A stretch of DNA of 63,762 nucleotides, counting the filler. It is 8 parts of 8 records of this genome, joined end to end, with 100 filler letters (N's around TTAATTAATTAA, not from the genome) between each part and the next. Parts side by side here need not be neighbours in the genome. Positions count along the whole stretch, not along the records: positions 32,766 to 46,299 come from SRR31147125_33028; positions 46,400 to 52,056 come from SRR31147125_33033; 6 more parts are not named here. One strand, given 5' to 3'. This document shows, piece after piece, positions 40,494 to 50,565 of the stretch. The notes below the pieces were generated by a model that saw only the letters and a list, made by a program, of their open reading frames with translations, was not told the DNA's origin and ran no database searches. The number at the start of each line of letters is the position of its first letter. Positions within the stretch are counted from its first letter, which is position 1. The translations under genes and the position numbers were made by a program.

Positions 40494-41216
40494 ATGACTA
40501 TCCTGGTTGTTGGAGGAAGCGGTGCGACAGGACGGTTGCTCGTGCGGGAGTTACTTGACCGTGGAGTTTCGGTTCGTGTCATCGTGAGGTCTCCGGAGAC
40601 ATTTATCGAAGCTGTCGGAGCACACGAGCGTTTGTCCGTTGTGCACGCTGCGGTGCTTGAACTAAGTGATGCGGAACTAGTTCAGCATGTGGGCGAATGC
40701 AAGGCTGTTGCCTCGTGTCTGGGCCACACGGTGAGTTTCAGGGGGATATATGGGAAGCCTCACCGACTGGTGACCGAGACCACCCGGCGTTTGTGCGAAG
40801 CGATCAAAGCAAATGAACCGAAGAGCCCTGTGAAATTCCTGCTCATGAACTCGACAGGCTGCCGCAATCCCGATCTGGGTGAATCGGTATCGTTTGCGGA
40901 GAGATGTGTCGTCGGTTTGATCCGGGTGCTGGTTCCGCCGCATTCGGACAACGAACATGCCGCTGACTACCTGCGCAGCCACATTGGCCCGGACCACACG
41001 TGCATCGAATGGGTAGCCGTTCGCCCCGACAGTCTGATCGATAATGACGCCGTCTCGAAGTACGAACTACATCCTTCACCGACCAGAAGCGCCATATTCA
41101 ATTCAGGCAAAACCAGTCGCATCAACGTGGGCAACTTCATGGCTGACCTGATAACGGACGACACCGTTTGGGATGCGTGGAAGGGTAAAACACCGGTTAT
41201 CTACAACGGTGCATAG
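40494..41216 (+). CDS. NAD(P)-binding oxidoreductase (NAD_binding_10/BVR-B-like)
   Basis: VGGSGATGR, WVAVRP, SRINVG. Confidence 0.9.
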   Translation: MTILVVGGSGATGRLLVRELLDRGVSVRVIVRSPETFIEAVGAHERLSVVHAAVLELSDAELVQHVGECKAVASCLGHTVSFRGIYGKPHRLVTETTRRLCEAIKANEPKSPVKFLLMNSTGCRNPDLGESVSFAERCVVGLIRVLVPPHSDNEHAADYLRSHIGPDHTCIEWVAVRPDSLIDNDAVSKYELHPSPTRSAIFNSGKTSRINVGNFMADLITDDTVWDAWKGKTPVIYNGA

Positions 41217-41434
41217 CAAAAGAAAACCTTACAGGAACACTTCTATCCCAAAAGGCATTTTCTACGATCAGTACATAAATAATAATTCGGGTACCTTGGA
41301 TAGTTCATATTTTGGTTCAAAACCAAGATACGTGTAGAGATTTTAGCGCAGGTAGGTGGCATGTGGTATATACCTGATATATTGAGGAACTAACCGTCAA
41401 GCAAGCAAATCATAAACAAGCGGAGAAAGAGACG

Positions 41435-41824
41435 ATGGCAGCAACTCCACAAGATGTTCTTGAACAATGGATGCAGGCTATTAACAACGGCGACATTACA
41501 CGCCTGCTTGGTTTATACGATAGCCACGCTGTCTTGATTCCAACATTTTCAAATAGATTGCTGAATACACCGGATAAACTGCAGGATTATTTTGAAAAAC
41601 TGAGTAGCCACGACGATCTGAGCGTCGCTCTCCATGAAAGAACATTGATTGTGCAGGAGCTCTATAATCAAATTATTTTTTCGCTGAGTGGAATTTACAA
41701 TTGGCGTTTTGATGTTGATGGTGAATTGCTGAATTTCGAGGCTCGATTCAGTTATGTTATCAACATTTCAAGTCCCAGCCCAATTTTGCATCATCACTCA
41801 TCACAAATTCCACGCACATTATGA
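41435..41824 (+). CDS. NTF2/SnoaL-like protein (CaMKII association-domain-like)
   Basis: LYDSHAVLIPT, ARFSY, ILHHHSSQIP. Confidence 0.85.
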   Translation: MAATPQDVLEQWMQAINNGDITRLLGLYDSHAVLIPTFSNRLLNTPDKLQDYFEKLSSHDDLSVALHERTLIVQELYNQIIFSLSGIYNWRFDVDGELLNFEARFSYVINISSPSPILHHHSSQIPRTL

Positions 41825-42041
41825 TTCGTAAGGAATACAAAATGACATTCATATTACCGCCCCCAAAAATAGAACCGGTAAATACAATAATTGGTTAGAG
41901 TGGAAGCCCGAGAATACATGGCAACTCAACAACCAAAAGAGAAAAGCCGTCATTGCCGCCATATACGAACAGGAGAATAAAGCGACAATCTCATAAGCCA
42001 GTGAGCTCGGTAGCAGGCTCGCACAGGCATTGCTGGAGTAA

Positions 42042-42389
42042 ATGAACGACATGGAAATCTTCAGAGGAATTCTCAACTCAACGCCCTATCCTATCGTATT
42101 TGTAGACCTTGATCATACAATACGCTTCCTGAATAAGGCCGCCGAATACCATTATTACGCAGAGCGAGGGCTGGAATCTTTGATAGGTAAAAGTATTTTT
42201 CAATGCCACAGGGAAGATAAATCAAAAAAAATCATATGCGAAATTGTCGATGGATTCAAAACTGATGCTAAAGAAAAATTCTTGCATGTCAACGACCGAA
42301 ACTTACGAGTATATATTACCCCGGTTAAAAATGATAAAGGCACGTTAATTGGCTATTATGAAAGATTCGAAAATAATTATCAAATTTAG
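42042..42389 (+). CDS. Stand-alone PAS domain protein
   Basis: PIVFVDLDHTIRFLN, LIGKSIFQCH, PVKNDKG. Confidence 0.88.
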   Translation: MNDMEIFRGILNSTPYPIVFVDLDHTIRFLNKAAEYHYYAERGLESLIGKSIFQCHREDKSKKIICEIVDGFKTDAKEKFLHVNDRNLRVYITPVKNDKGTLIGYYERFENNYQI

Positions 42390-42572
42390 GGGCAAGCTAT
42401 TCAACAACCTTTTTAACAACCAAACGTTCTGCTGGTCAGCCGTAAGCTCGGTATGTGTGACACAAAATGGTATAGTAACACTCATTCACGATTCAATTTC
42501 GATTTCCTGCAGTCATTTTCCGGAGTGCTCTCCGTTACCCTTGAAAATACCAAGTAAAGACATGGAGACAAC

Positions 42573-42707
42573 ATGCTGCTGAAGCGGACCATCGTAACAT
42601 CCTTGTGGCTGCTGATTGTATCAGCGCTATCGTTTACCGGTGAGATAGTACATGTCGATTTGGACGACGAAAAAGAACAGGATATAAAAGATAAAACGCC
42701 ATACTAA
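42573..42707 (+). CDS. 44-aa small protein with hydrophobic N-terminus and charged tail
   Basis: GGAGA RBS; MLLKRTIVTSLWLLIVSALSFTGEIVHVDLDDEKEQDIKDKTPY. Confidence 0.5.
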   Translation: MLLKRTIVTSLWLLIVSALSFTGEIVHVDLDDEKEQDIKDKTPY

Positions 42708-42799
42708 CAGAATCCATTCAAAAAGAGGTTTCAGAACATTGTTACCAGGCACATGCATTCGGGCAGTTGTTAACTGATAATTAAACAGACAGTGGAACT

Positions 42800-43131
42800 A
42801 TGAGACTCAATATATTGTGGACCAACGATGACATCGTAACCACCGAAAAAATGGTATTTATGTATGGAATTAATTCAAAACGAAAGGACTGGTGGGAAGA
42901 GGTTAGAATCATCGTATGGGGGCACCGGCACAGCTTGTCAGCGAGAATAAAGAAGTACAATCTCTCGTACAGGAGGCACAACTCGAAGGTGTCCAGATTA
43001 CTGCCTGTAAAGCATGTGCTGATCAACTCGGTGTTACGGAAAAACTCATTGACTTAGATATTGAAGTGATTTACTGGGGAGAACCTTTGACTGAATTGCT
43101 GAAGTCAGGAGAAAAACTATTAACGATTTAG
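42800..43131 (+). CDS. DsrE-like family protein (frameshift in G-run 42918-42922)
   Basis: LNILWTND..WWEEVRIIVWG joined to ..ACKACAD..YWGEPLTELLK. Confidence 0.85.
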
Positions 43132-43220
43132 GAAGCTGGTTAAACACCCCCTCCATCAGACTCGCTGAGTCTCTTCGGTTGAATCCACGTCAGCAGTATG
43201 AGACATCGTAACGCCAAAGA

Positions 43221-43699
43221 ATGCACATAAGAAAAGCCCAAGCCAGGGAACATCAAAAACTTACGAAGTTAACTTTTGAATCGAAGGGCTACTGGAACTA
43301 TCCTGATGAATATTTCGATATCTGGAGAGACGAATTAACAGTAACTACCGAATACATTCAAAAAAACAACGTGTTTGTCGTCGAACACGAAAGAACAATT
43401 ACCGGTTATTACTCACTCGTACACCTCCCTCAAGACATTGAGGTTTCAGGCATTGTCATCGAGAAAGGCTATTGGCTCGAGCACATGTTTATAGCACCAA
43501 ACTTTATCGGCAAAGAATTGGAACCAAAATGGTTTTCCATTTACTTAACCTGTGTAAGGATTTGAATATTCGATACATACATGTCCTGGCAGACCCTAAC
43601 GCTCAAGAGTTTTATAAAAAGATGGGATTCATATACGAAATGGAGTGCCCATCAACAATCCCGGGAAGGACGACCCCACGATTAAGGAAAGAAATATGA
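43221..43699 (+). CDS. GNAT family N-acetyltransferase (frameshift near 43515)
   Basis: SKGYWNY, LEHMFI..IGK, then ADPNAQEFYKKMG..SIPGR-like end in the next frame. Confidence 0.85.
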
Positions 43700-43786
43700 T
43701 CGCCCTGAACAGTCGTTTCATCATTACTCCGCTCTGTTCTGACTCGCTGATGCGTGCCGATGAACACGAGCTTATGCACCAATAAC

Positions 43787-44242
43787 ATGAAAATATGGGT
43801 TGACGCGGACGCCTGTCCGGCAGTGATAAAAGAAATATTGTATAAAGCGGCAGAGAGAACTCAGATACAAGTGACTCTGGTCGCAAATAATCATTTTCGT
43901 ATACCAAAGTCTTCCTGCATACATTTCCTCCAGGTTCCCCATGGCCTGGATGCTGCGGACGACGAAATAGTAAAGAGGCTTGAGCCTGGTGATCTGGTTA
44001 TTACAGCAGATATACCGCTCGCTGCAAGAGTCGTTCAAGACGGAGGATTGGCGCTTAACCCACGAGGTGAAGTATATACGGTTGAAAATGTGAAAGAAAG
44101 GTTAAGTACCAGAGACTTTCTTGATAGTTTACGGTCCAGTGGAGTTGAAACAGGCGGACCTCCTGCTCTCGATTCCCGTGAAAGGCAGACCTTTGCGAAC
44201 AGCCTGGATCAGATACTGACAAAAAATAGCAACACGACATAA
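43787..44242 (+). CDS. YaiI/YqxD (UPF0178) family protein
   Basis: [32 protein letters not shown]. Confidence 0.95.
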   Translation: MKIWVDADACPAVIKEILYKAAERTQIQVTLVANNHFRIPKSSCIHFLQVPHGLDAADDEIVKRLEPGDLVITADIPLAARVVQDGGLALNPRGEVYTVENVKERLSTRDFLDSLRSSGVETGGPPALDSRERQTFANSLDQILTKNSNTT

Positions 44243-44326
44243 CTAAAGGCTACCTGACAAATGCCACTGAGCGGTAATGGTTGGTTGCTCTCCCGTTATG
44301 TCCTCAGGCGCATAGTGAAAATGAGT

Positions 44327-44808
44327 ATGAACATGTGTGAAATTTGAGATGCAACTATCGAAGATGCCCCAGTCATTTTAAATTATGTTACGGAACTGGC
44401 TGCCAACGAACATACAAAACATGAGGCGGGTGCACCGTAACTGACATTGAGGATTCACTTTTCTGCGAGCATTATACCGCAAAATCAGTGCTTTGGTATG
44501 TGAATGACAAACCAGTCGGTTTTGCAGTTTACTTCTTTAACTATTCAACCTGGTTAGGGAAAAACGGGTTATACATGGAAGATCTTTATGTGTGCCCGGA
44601 TAATCGCGGAACAGGGGCCGGCAAAGCATTATTGAAGTATCTTGCCAGGATTGCAGTGGAAAACGAGTGCGGCCGCTTTGAGTGGAGTGTTCTTGACTGG
44701 AATGAACCGGCAATAAACTTTTATAAGTCTATTGGTGCCATCCTGGATGAATGGGTTGGATATCGAATGTTTGAGCAGGAACTGATATATTTTGCGAATG
44801 GGCAGTAA
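44327..44808 (+). pseudogene. GNAT (diamine acetyltransferase-like) pseudogene
   Basis: In-frame TGA at 44345-44347, frameshift near 44430-44440, then intact NYSTWLGKNGLYMEDLYV..EWSVLDWN. Confidence 0.75.
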
Positions 44809-44881
44809 ATGATACTTAACAGGGTACCACTTCTGAAGGCGAAGAAGCTACCTTGAAAAAACACCACAAAGAGGAACAGCA

Positions 44882-45337
44882 ATGATTTTGGATGTAATTG
44901 AAAATGCCCACCAGTATGTAACCATCAATAAAGGGTTTGCGAAGGCGGTTGAATTTCTCTCGCGCTCAGATATCAAGGAGCTTCCTGAGGATACCTATGA
45001 GATTGACGGCGATCGCGTCTTTGCAATGGTGGTCAAAGATCATGGTCGGAAGAAAGAAAATGCTCTCATCGAAACACATGATACATATATCGATATCCAG
45101 GTCGTCCTGGCCGGAACGGACAACATGGGGTGGAAAACAAGGTCAGCTTGTCACCAACCATCTGGAGAATTCGATAACGAATCGGACATCCAGTTCTACT
45201 CGGATGAACCTGACACCTGGCTCTCCGTCAAACCGGGCGTTTTGGCAATCTTCTTCCCTGAAGATGCTCATATGCCGATGATCTCAGACAGCCAGCTCCA
45301 CAAGGTCATCGTGAAGGTCGCTGTCGAACAGGACTAA
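44882..45337 (+). CDS. YhcH/YjgK/YiaL family protein
   Basis: ETHDTYIDIQ, AIFFPEDAHMP, KVIVKV. Confidence 0.93.
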   Translation: MILDVIENAHQYVTINKGFAKAVEFLSRSDIKELPEDTYEIDGDRVFAMVVKDHGRKKENALIETHDTYIDIQVVLAGTDNMGWKTRSACHQPSGEFDNESDIQFYSDEPDTWLSVKPGVLAIFFPEDAHMPMISDSQLHKVIVKVAVEQD

Positions 45338-45360
45338 AGGGAACCTTGAATAATGTGTCT

Positions 45361-46074
45361 ATGAAGAGAAGCCATATCAGACGTTTCATACTGTCGCTCC
45401 TCGCTCTCATTATAATCTCTGCACATTTTGTGCCTCAAGGTTATGCCATTCAGTATAGTTGTGAGCCGAGACTTGGAATTGTAATATCTGCCGCAAATGA
45501 TCAGATGGTCGATCACATCTGCACGGCAGCAGATAGGACTATCAGGTTTCTCGGGGACTATAAACTGAAGCCCAAACGATCAATATATATAGAGATTATA
45601 GAAAAGCTTATCGATCAAGAGGGGTATAAGGCATTTGGAAGTTACGACCGCCAAACTGACCGTATTCTCATGATGTCATTACCAGCCTTGCTACGCAGCA
45701 GTACATCTCCCACAATGTATACTATGCCATTTGACGAGGAACACTATATTGGCGCGATAGCCCATGAAATCGCACATGCAGTCTTCCACCACAACTCTTC
45801 GAATATAAAGGATAAATGGAACAACGCGGCGCAGGAGTATCTTGCTCATGCCACGCAGCTCGGCGTTTTACCGGCCCAAAGACGAGAGGAGATCATTCAC
45901 TCTGAAGATACGGGACCCTGGGAGTCTGGAGATGAGATAAGCGTTACGTACATGGGGTTTAATTCCACGGGTTTTGCTGTGAAATCATACCTCCATCTGA
46001 CCCGGATGCCGGATCCACAACCGTTTATACACATTCTCCTGAATCACAAATGGTTATACATATCAGTACCGTAA
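45361..46074 (+). CDS. Exported zincin-like protein (HEXXH; DUF6639-like)
   Basis: Signal peptide; AHEIAHA, QEYLAH..Q, FAVKSYLH. Confidence 0.75.
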   Translation: MKRSHIRRFILSLLALIIISAHFVPQGYAIQYSCEPRLGIVISAANDQMVDHICTAADRTIRFLGDYKLKPKRSIYIEIIEKLIDQEGYKAFGSYDRQTDRILMMSLPALLRSSTSPTMYTMPFDEEHYIGAIAHEIAHAVFHHNSSNIKDKWNNAAQEYLAHATQLGVLPAQRREEIIHSEDTGPWESGDEISVTYMGFNSTGFAVKSYLHLTRMPDPQPFIHILLNHKWLYISVP

Positions 46075-46186
46075 CAGCCCTGTTATTCAGTAGGAGAATG
46101 CATGGTAATCCACCTGGCCTGACCCGCTGCTCGTCCCAGACTTTTGAATCCACCCTTGAATCCTCTTTCGGAGCTGAAGAAAACAG

Positions 46187-46299
46187 ATGATCACCGATGC
46201 ACGATACATCTCCGACCTCGATACACCCTGTCTGGTGCTGGACATGGATATCCTCGACCACAACCTTCAGAAGATGCAGACCGTTGTCGGGGGTGCCGG
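46187..46299 (+). CDS. DSD1/D-threonine aldolase-like PLP enzyme, N-terminal fragment (3' truncated)
   Basis: MITDARYISDLDTPCLVLDMDILDHNLQKM matches the family's TP.L.LD...L..N start. Confidence 0.7.
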
Positions 46300-46399
46300 N
46301 NNNNNNNNNNNNNNNNNNNNNNNNNNNNNNNNNNNNNNNNNNNTTAATTAATTAANNNNNNNNNNNNNNNNNNNNNNNNNNNNNNNNNNNNNNNNNNNN
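46300..46399. other. Artificial contig spacer
   Basis: N-run/TTAATTAATTAA/N-run. Confidence 0.99.
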
Positions 46400-46433
46400 A
46401 AAAAACCCCAGCTAAAAAAATAGCCGGGGTTTT
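46400..46433 (-). terminator. Rho-independent terminator of csp
   Basis: AAAACCCCAGCTA...TAGCCGGGGTTTT with A-run (U-tail on the minus strand). Confidence 0.8.
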
Positions 46434-46443
46434 GTAAAGTCAT

Positions 46444-46653
46444 TTAAAAATTATATTTTTGAAACGCTTTTTTAGCTTGTAGTCCTTTTGCGCCTTGTTC
46501 AACATCGAACTCGACACGATCACCTTCATCCAATGATTTGTAGCCATCACCAACGATTGCGTTGAAATGTACAAATACGTCATCGCCTTCTTCTCTGCTG
46601 ATAAAACCGTAGCCCTTGGAGCCATTGAACCACTTGACTGTTCCTGTTTCCAT
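46444..46653 (-). CDS. Cold-shock protein (CspA family); last codons probably shifted by a homopolymer error
   Basis: [36 protein letters not shown]. Confidence 0.95.
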   Translation of the reverse strand: METGTVKWFNGSKGYGFISREEGDDVFVHFNAIVGDGYKSLDEGDRVEFDVEQGAKGLQAKKAFQKYNF

Positions 46654-47249
46654 TAAAAATATCCTCTTGTAAAAATTTTTTGTTACTACAACTGTGTTCT
46701 CGGCCTTTACAGGGCAAAAATTTCGCAATGAATTTTTTTCTGAATTCTTAGCGAGTTCATTCTTGTTTCTTTGTGTCTACCTCAGAGCTTTATCACCAAA
46801 AGCGGAAAGGCGAAAAAGACAGTTACAATGATTAATTGGACAAATATACATAACGAAAATGTAAAAAGCAAGCGTTATTTACTGTTTTTCTTATATTTGT
46901 TTTCCAGTTCACTGTATTTTGCAAAGATAACAAGTCGCTTTTCAAATCCATTTGTCATTATTCAAGAATTTTATCACACGTTTGTTGGTGATTAACGAAT
47001 GAGATGATCGGACAATACGATATTCTCCATCTTGTAAGTTATTATATTTACTATTTTTGAATCTGTAGTAATTTGCGTAAAAGTTAATCCGGGAAATAGA
47101 AAAAAACGATTGATCTTTTATTTTATAAAATAAAATTGATTTATTCTTTGAAATTTTTAACTTTATATTACAGGGAGTTTAATTTATCTGCAGCTACCGA
47201 ATTTATCCATGTTTTAATAAAAGCGAACATTATAAGAAAAGGATTTCCA

Positions 47250-49193
47250 ATGCGAATGTATCTACGGCTTTTTTATCTCTTTCTGCTGTTGGTTTATGTT
47301 GCCGGTTATGCACAAACATCCGTTTCATTTCCGCAGACGCCACCTGATCGTGTAAATGGCTGGATTATCCTTGATGATGATTCTGTTGCGGTGCGGGAAA
47401 CAATTGAAAAAGCATATCAATTTGGAGTCAATCATATCCAATTGTCGCATCATATTATTATGAATATAGACGACATCCTGGGTGATGATCCCGAATCCCG
47501 ATACAAGGTAGAAGTATTAAACAAAGGGATTGCATGGGCACATCACTATAATATGAAGGCCTATATATGGGTGCACGAGTTTTCCGGTATACCAAGAACA
47601 ACCGAAGGACGACGAGTGTGCTATTCTCCAGATAGCCCTATATGGCATCAACGCAAAGAAGCCTATCGCCAAGGTTTGGCTAAAATTCCGGATCTGGACG
47701 GCGTGATTTTCATGTATGGCAGCGCACCAGTACCACCATGGCGAACATCATGCGATTGTGATTGGTGTATAAAAAATAGCTTTGCAAAATCAGGTGGTGA
47801 CGCAGCACAAGCCAAACGAATTCAATTGGTGACTGAAAACATTGGTGGCTATATTGCAAACGATCTTGGTAAAGAATTGTTTATTCGTACTTTTGTCCAT
47901 GAACCGGCAGAAATAGGTTGGCACAACATTGGGCTCTCCTCTGCCAAAGGTATTGAATTTACCGGTATGCATAAGGGACCTGTACAAGACTGGCAGCCTT
48001 ATAATCCACACCACGGATCAACAGGCAATATTGGTGATCATCCCTGTGTCATGGAACTGGATATTGCCGGTGAACTGTATGGTTTATCCATTCTGCCTTT
48101 TTGTTCACCAGGATACTACTGGTATCGCATGCAATACAACTGGGATCATGATGGTCTGGGAACGGTTATTCGGGTGCAACGTAATGAGGATTCTGCGCTT
48201 GGCACACCGAACATGATCAATGTTTACGCCATAACCAAGTTGAATAATAATCATAATATTACTTTGGAATCCGTATGGGATGATTTTATTGCTGATTTTT
48301 ACCATGTATCACCTGAGAATCCAAAGCAGCCTGTATTGAAAAAGATTTTGAAAAAGACCTTTCCCATAAGATTAAAAAGTCATTATGTATTAGGCATCTG
48401 GGCACATAATAAAAACAGTGATGTTCCACGCAGCACAGAATTGAATCAATTTCGTGAACGTGGAAAGATGCAAAAATGGGAAGCGGATTGGGAATCGGTT
48501 TGGAATGCGTTGAACCAACCGGATATGAACACTATGCATTGGATCTGGCAGGAAGGCACTGAGGCAATGGTTTTGGCTGATGAGAGTCTTGAATTACTAC
48601 CACAGCTTAAAGATGTGTTATCACAAAAGGATTACAAGACCGTATCCCAATGGCTACAACATCAGCGGGATGCGGCTGAAATATGGCGCGCAACAGACAT
48701 CTTTACCTTTGCGGATATGGCAGCCGATAATAATCCGGATAATGAAATATATCCGCGTCTTAGTCGCTGGGCTTATGACGAATGCCTGCGGATGAAAAAC
48801 GTGCTTATTGACCATGGATTCTCCAATATTAGCCTTGCCGGTGTTCCCAGTCTGGAACGGTTTTTAAACGCTGAGAAAGACAATTTCCCCCAAAATGCGG
48901 AATCCCTGGCCCCGGATTATTTTACCTTTTCACCGGTTCACATAAATAAAGTGAATAATGGCAGCGTGACTATTTCTTTTTCCACAAGCAATAAAACGGA
49001 TGTGACGGTTTTATATGGAGAGGATTTGCCATTTCCCGAAAAGGAATATCATGTGGGAATCGTACCTGCCGGACAAACCAAAGAAGTGACACTAACGGAT
49101 TTGCAGCCACATCGACGATATGTTTTGCGGCTGGTAACGGAAATGAATGGACAGAAATACTGGGGTGGTGAATATTGGATTTTTACAAAGTAA
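47250..49193 (+). CDS. Secreted hypothetical protein; putative glycoside-hydrolase-like TIM barrel with C-terminal Fn3-like domain
   Basis: Signal peptide ending AGYA; GVNHIQL, LDGVIF, FIRTF, ELDIAGELYG; C-terminal VTLTDLQP..Y. Confidence 0.65.
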   Translation: MRMYLRLFYLFLLLVYVAGYAQTSVSFPQTPPDRVNGWIILDDDSVAVRETIEKAYQFGVNHIQLSHHIIMNIDDILGDDPESRYKVEVLNKGIAWAHHYNMKAYIWVHEFSGIPRTTEGRRVCYSPDSPIWHQRKEAYRQGLAKIPDLDGVIFMYGSAPVPPWRTSCDCDWCIKNSFAKSGGDAAQAKRIQLVTENIGGYIANDLGKELFIRTFVHEPAEIGWHNIGLSSAKGIEFTGMHKGPVQDWQPYNPHHGSTGNIGDHPCVMELDIAGELYGLSILPFCSPGYYWYRMQYNWDHDGLGTVIRVQRNEDSALGTPNMINVYAITKLNNNHNITLESVWDDFIADFYHVSPENPKQPVLKKILKKTFPIRLKSHYVLGIWAHNKNSDVPRSTELNQFRERGKMQKWEADWESVWNALNQPDMNTMHWIWQEGTEAMVLADESLELLPQLKDVLSQKDYKTVSQWLQHQRDAAEIWRATDIFTFADMAADNNPDNEIYPRLSRWAYDECLRMKNVLIDHGFSNISLAGVPSLERFLNAEKDNFPQNAESLAPDYFTFSPVHINKVNNGSVTISFSTSNKTDVTVLYGEDLPFPEKEYHVGIVPAGQTKEVTLTDLQPHRRYVLRLVTEMNGQKYWGGEYWIFTK

Positions 49194-49239
49194 AAATTTT
49201 AAATGATTTGTGTATCCTTGAACAATGAGAAGTAATTTG

Positions 49240-49281
49240 ACTAAAATTCCGACCAGGTTGTGCTCTGGGCGGAATTTTAGT
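49240..49281. terminator. Stem-loop terminator between convergent genes
   Basis: ACTAAAATTCCG...CGGAATTTTAGT 12-bp perfect stem. Confidence 0.8.
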
Positions 49282-49335
49282 TTCTCTTAAAAAAAACAAT
49301 GTTATTTATAAATCGATAATGGCCCTATTCCCCTG

Positions 49336-49992
49336 TTACTTTACACCAGTTATACTAAGCCCGAACGGATTACCACTCACCTGACAACCAGACAAACCTG
49401 TTTTACTGATTAAATTTTGCAACTCGTTCGGCGTATATGCCGCCTTAATGGAAGTAACAAGTCCGGGACGAATCTCTTTTGGTTTCGTTGAAAACCACAT
49501 GAGCCATTTTATTAAAGGATTCATATCTCTTCTCAAATCTGAAATAAATATTCTCCCATCTGGTTTCAGGACTCTCCACATTTCCTTCATCGTATCCACA
49601 GGATGACTCCATTCATGTAAGGAGCCATTGGTAAATACGGCATCAAATAAATCGTCCTCAAATGGTATTTTATCACCACTGCTTTCGACATATTCAACTC
49701 TATCACTCAGGTTATAGTCATTTGCATTTTTTTCCGCCATGCTTATCATATCAGCACTAATATCCAAACCCTTTAACGATGTATTGGTTGTTTTTTTGAG
49801 CCATTCAAGCCCTAAATATCCAGGGCCTGGTCCAATTTCCAGAGCCATTCCGGATACAATGCCACTTTTAATAATTTCATCAGTTCCAATAACTTTCTTA
49901 TCCCTTAGGTTGCGTTGCATTTGGTCATAAATGGACACATTAAATTCACCCTGAATACCTTGATCTGTTTCTACAACTCTGGGTTTGGTCAT
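49336..49992 (-). CDS. Class I SAM-dependent methyltransferase (UbiE-like)
   Basis: LEIGPGPGYLG, GLDISADM, IPFEDDLFD, SLHEW, RVLKPDG. Confidence 0.92.
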   Translation of the reverse strand: MTKPRVVETDQGIQGEFNVSIYDQMQRNLRDKKVIGTDEIIKSGIVSGMALEIGPGPGYLGLEWLKKTTNTSLKGLDISADMISMAEKNANDYNLSDRVEYVESSGDKIPFEDDLFDAVFTNGSLHEWSHPVDTMKEMWRVLKPDGRIFISDLRRDMNPLIKWLMWFSTKPKEIRPGLVTSIKAAYTPNELQNLISKTGLSGCQVSGNPFGLSITGVK

Positions 49993-50093
49993 TATTAGTT
50001 ACCTTTCTCTTCACTGTGATGGAGTTCATGTAGAATGAAATGGATTAGAAATTAAAAAGGAAAGTAATTAACAACTTTTATTAAAACATGTTG

Positions 50094-50250
50094 TTAATAT
50101 TGGTAGGTTGTTATTTTTTTCTTCTCAGCTACTCTTTTCTTTTGAATTTCTTTCTTTCTTACGTCCTTTTCTACAAAAAGTTTCTCACCGGTGAAAAGAT
50201 TTCTGTCAGTATAATACATTAAACTGAAATAGGTGGATTGAGTTGGAACA
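50094..50250 (-). pseudogene. Diverged duplicate of the ygiQ 3' end
   Basis: Translates VPTQSTYFSLMYYTDRNLFTGEKLFVEKDVRKKEIQK, versus TPTPSTYSSLMYYTGKNPFTGEKLYVERDIKRKEKQK in the intact gene. Confidence 0.85.
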
Positions 50251-50332
50251 GAATTGGATGATCAAAATTATTGGGGTGGTAAATATTGTATTTTTACGAA
50301 ATAGAGAATAAATTTATAATATAATTTATTGA

Positions 50333-50368
50333 AAAGCGCCGGAATGTTATTTCCCATTCCAGCGCTTT
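50333..50368 (-). terminator. Probable terminator downstream of ygiQ
   Basis: AAAGCGC.GGAATG...CATTCC.GCGCTTT. Confidence 0.65.
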
Positions 50369-50565
50369 GACGTCAAAATAGAAGAACTGTAGTACCATGT
50401 GTCGATAAAATAAGGCCTTTAATCAGAGCATTTTAATTGAAGGCTTTTTGCCCGATCTGTATTCGTCAAAATAAGGTTCAGCTGGATTGAGTCATTCATT
50501 TTTACACGGATTCTTTATGGGGGTATCAGGAATTATACTATATTATTGCAAAACATATGAATTTG

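Noticed and set aside
44345-44347. In-frame TGA as selenocysteine or alternative genetic code
   Set aside because: Position corresponds to Arg in homologues, the gene has other lesions, and TGA is a normal stop elsewhere on the contig
4421-46653. Frameshifts in the M20 amidohydrolase, rpmB, dctM, benzoate-CoA ligase, DsrE-like, GNAT and csp genes as programmed frameshifting or phase variation
   Set aside because: Nearly all are single-base indels in short homopolymers, spread over unrelated organisms and including a conserved ribosomal protein gene; typical of homopolymer sequencing error
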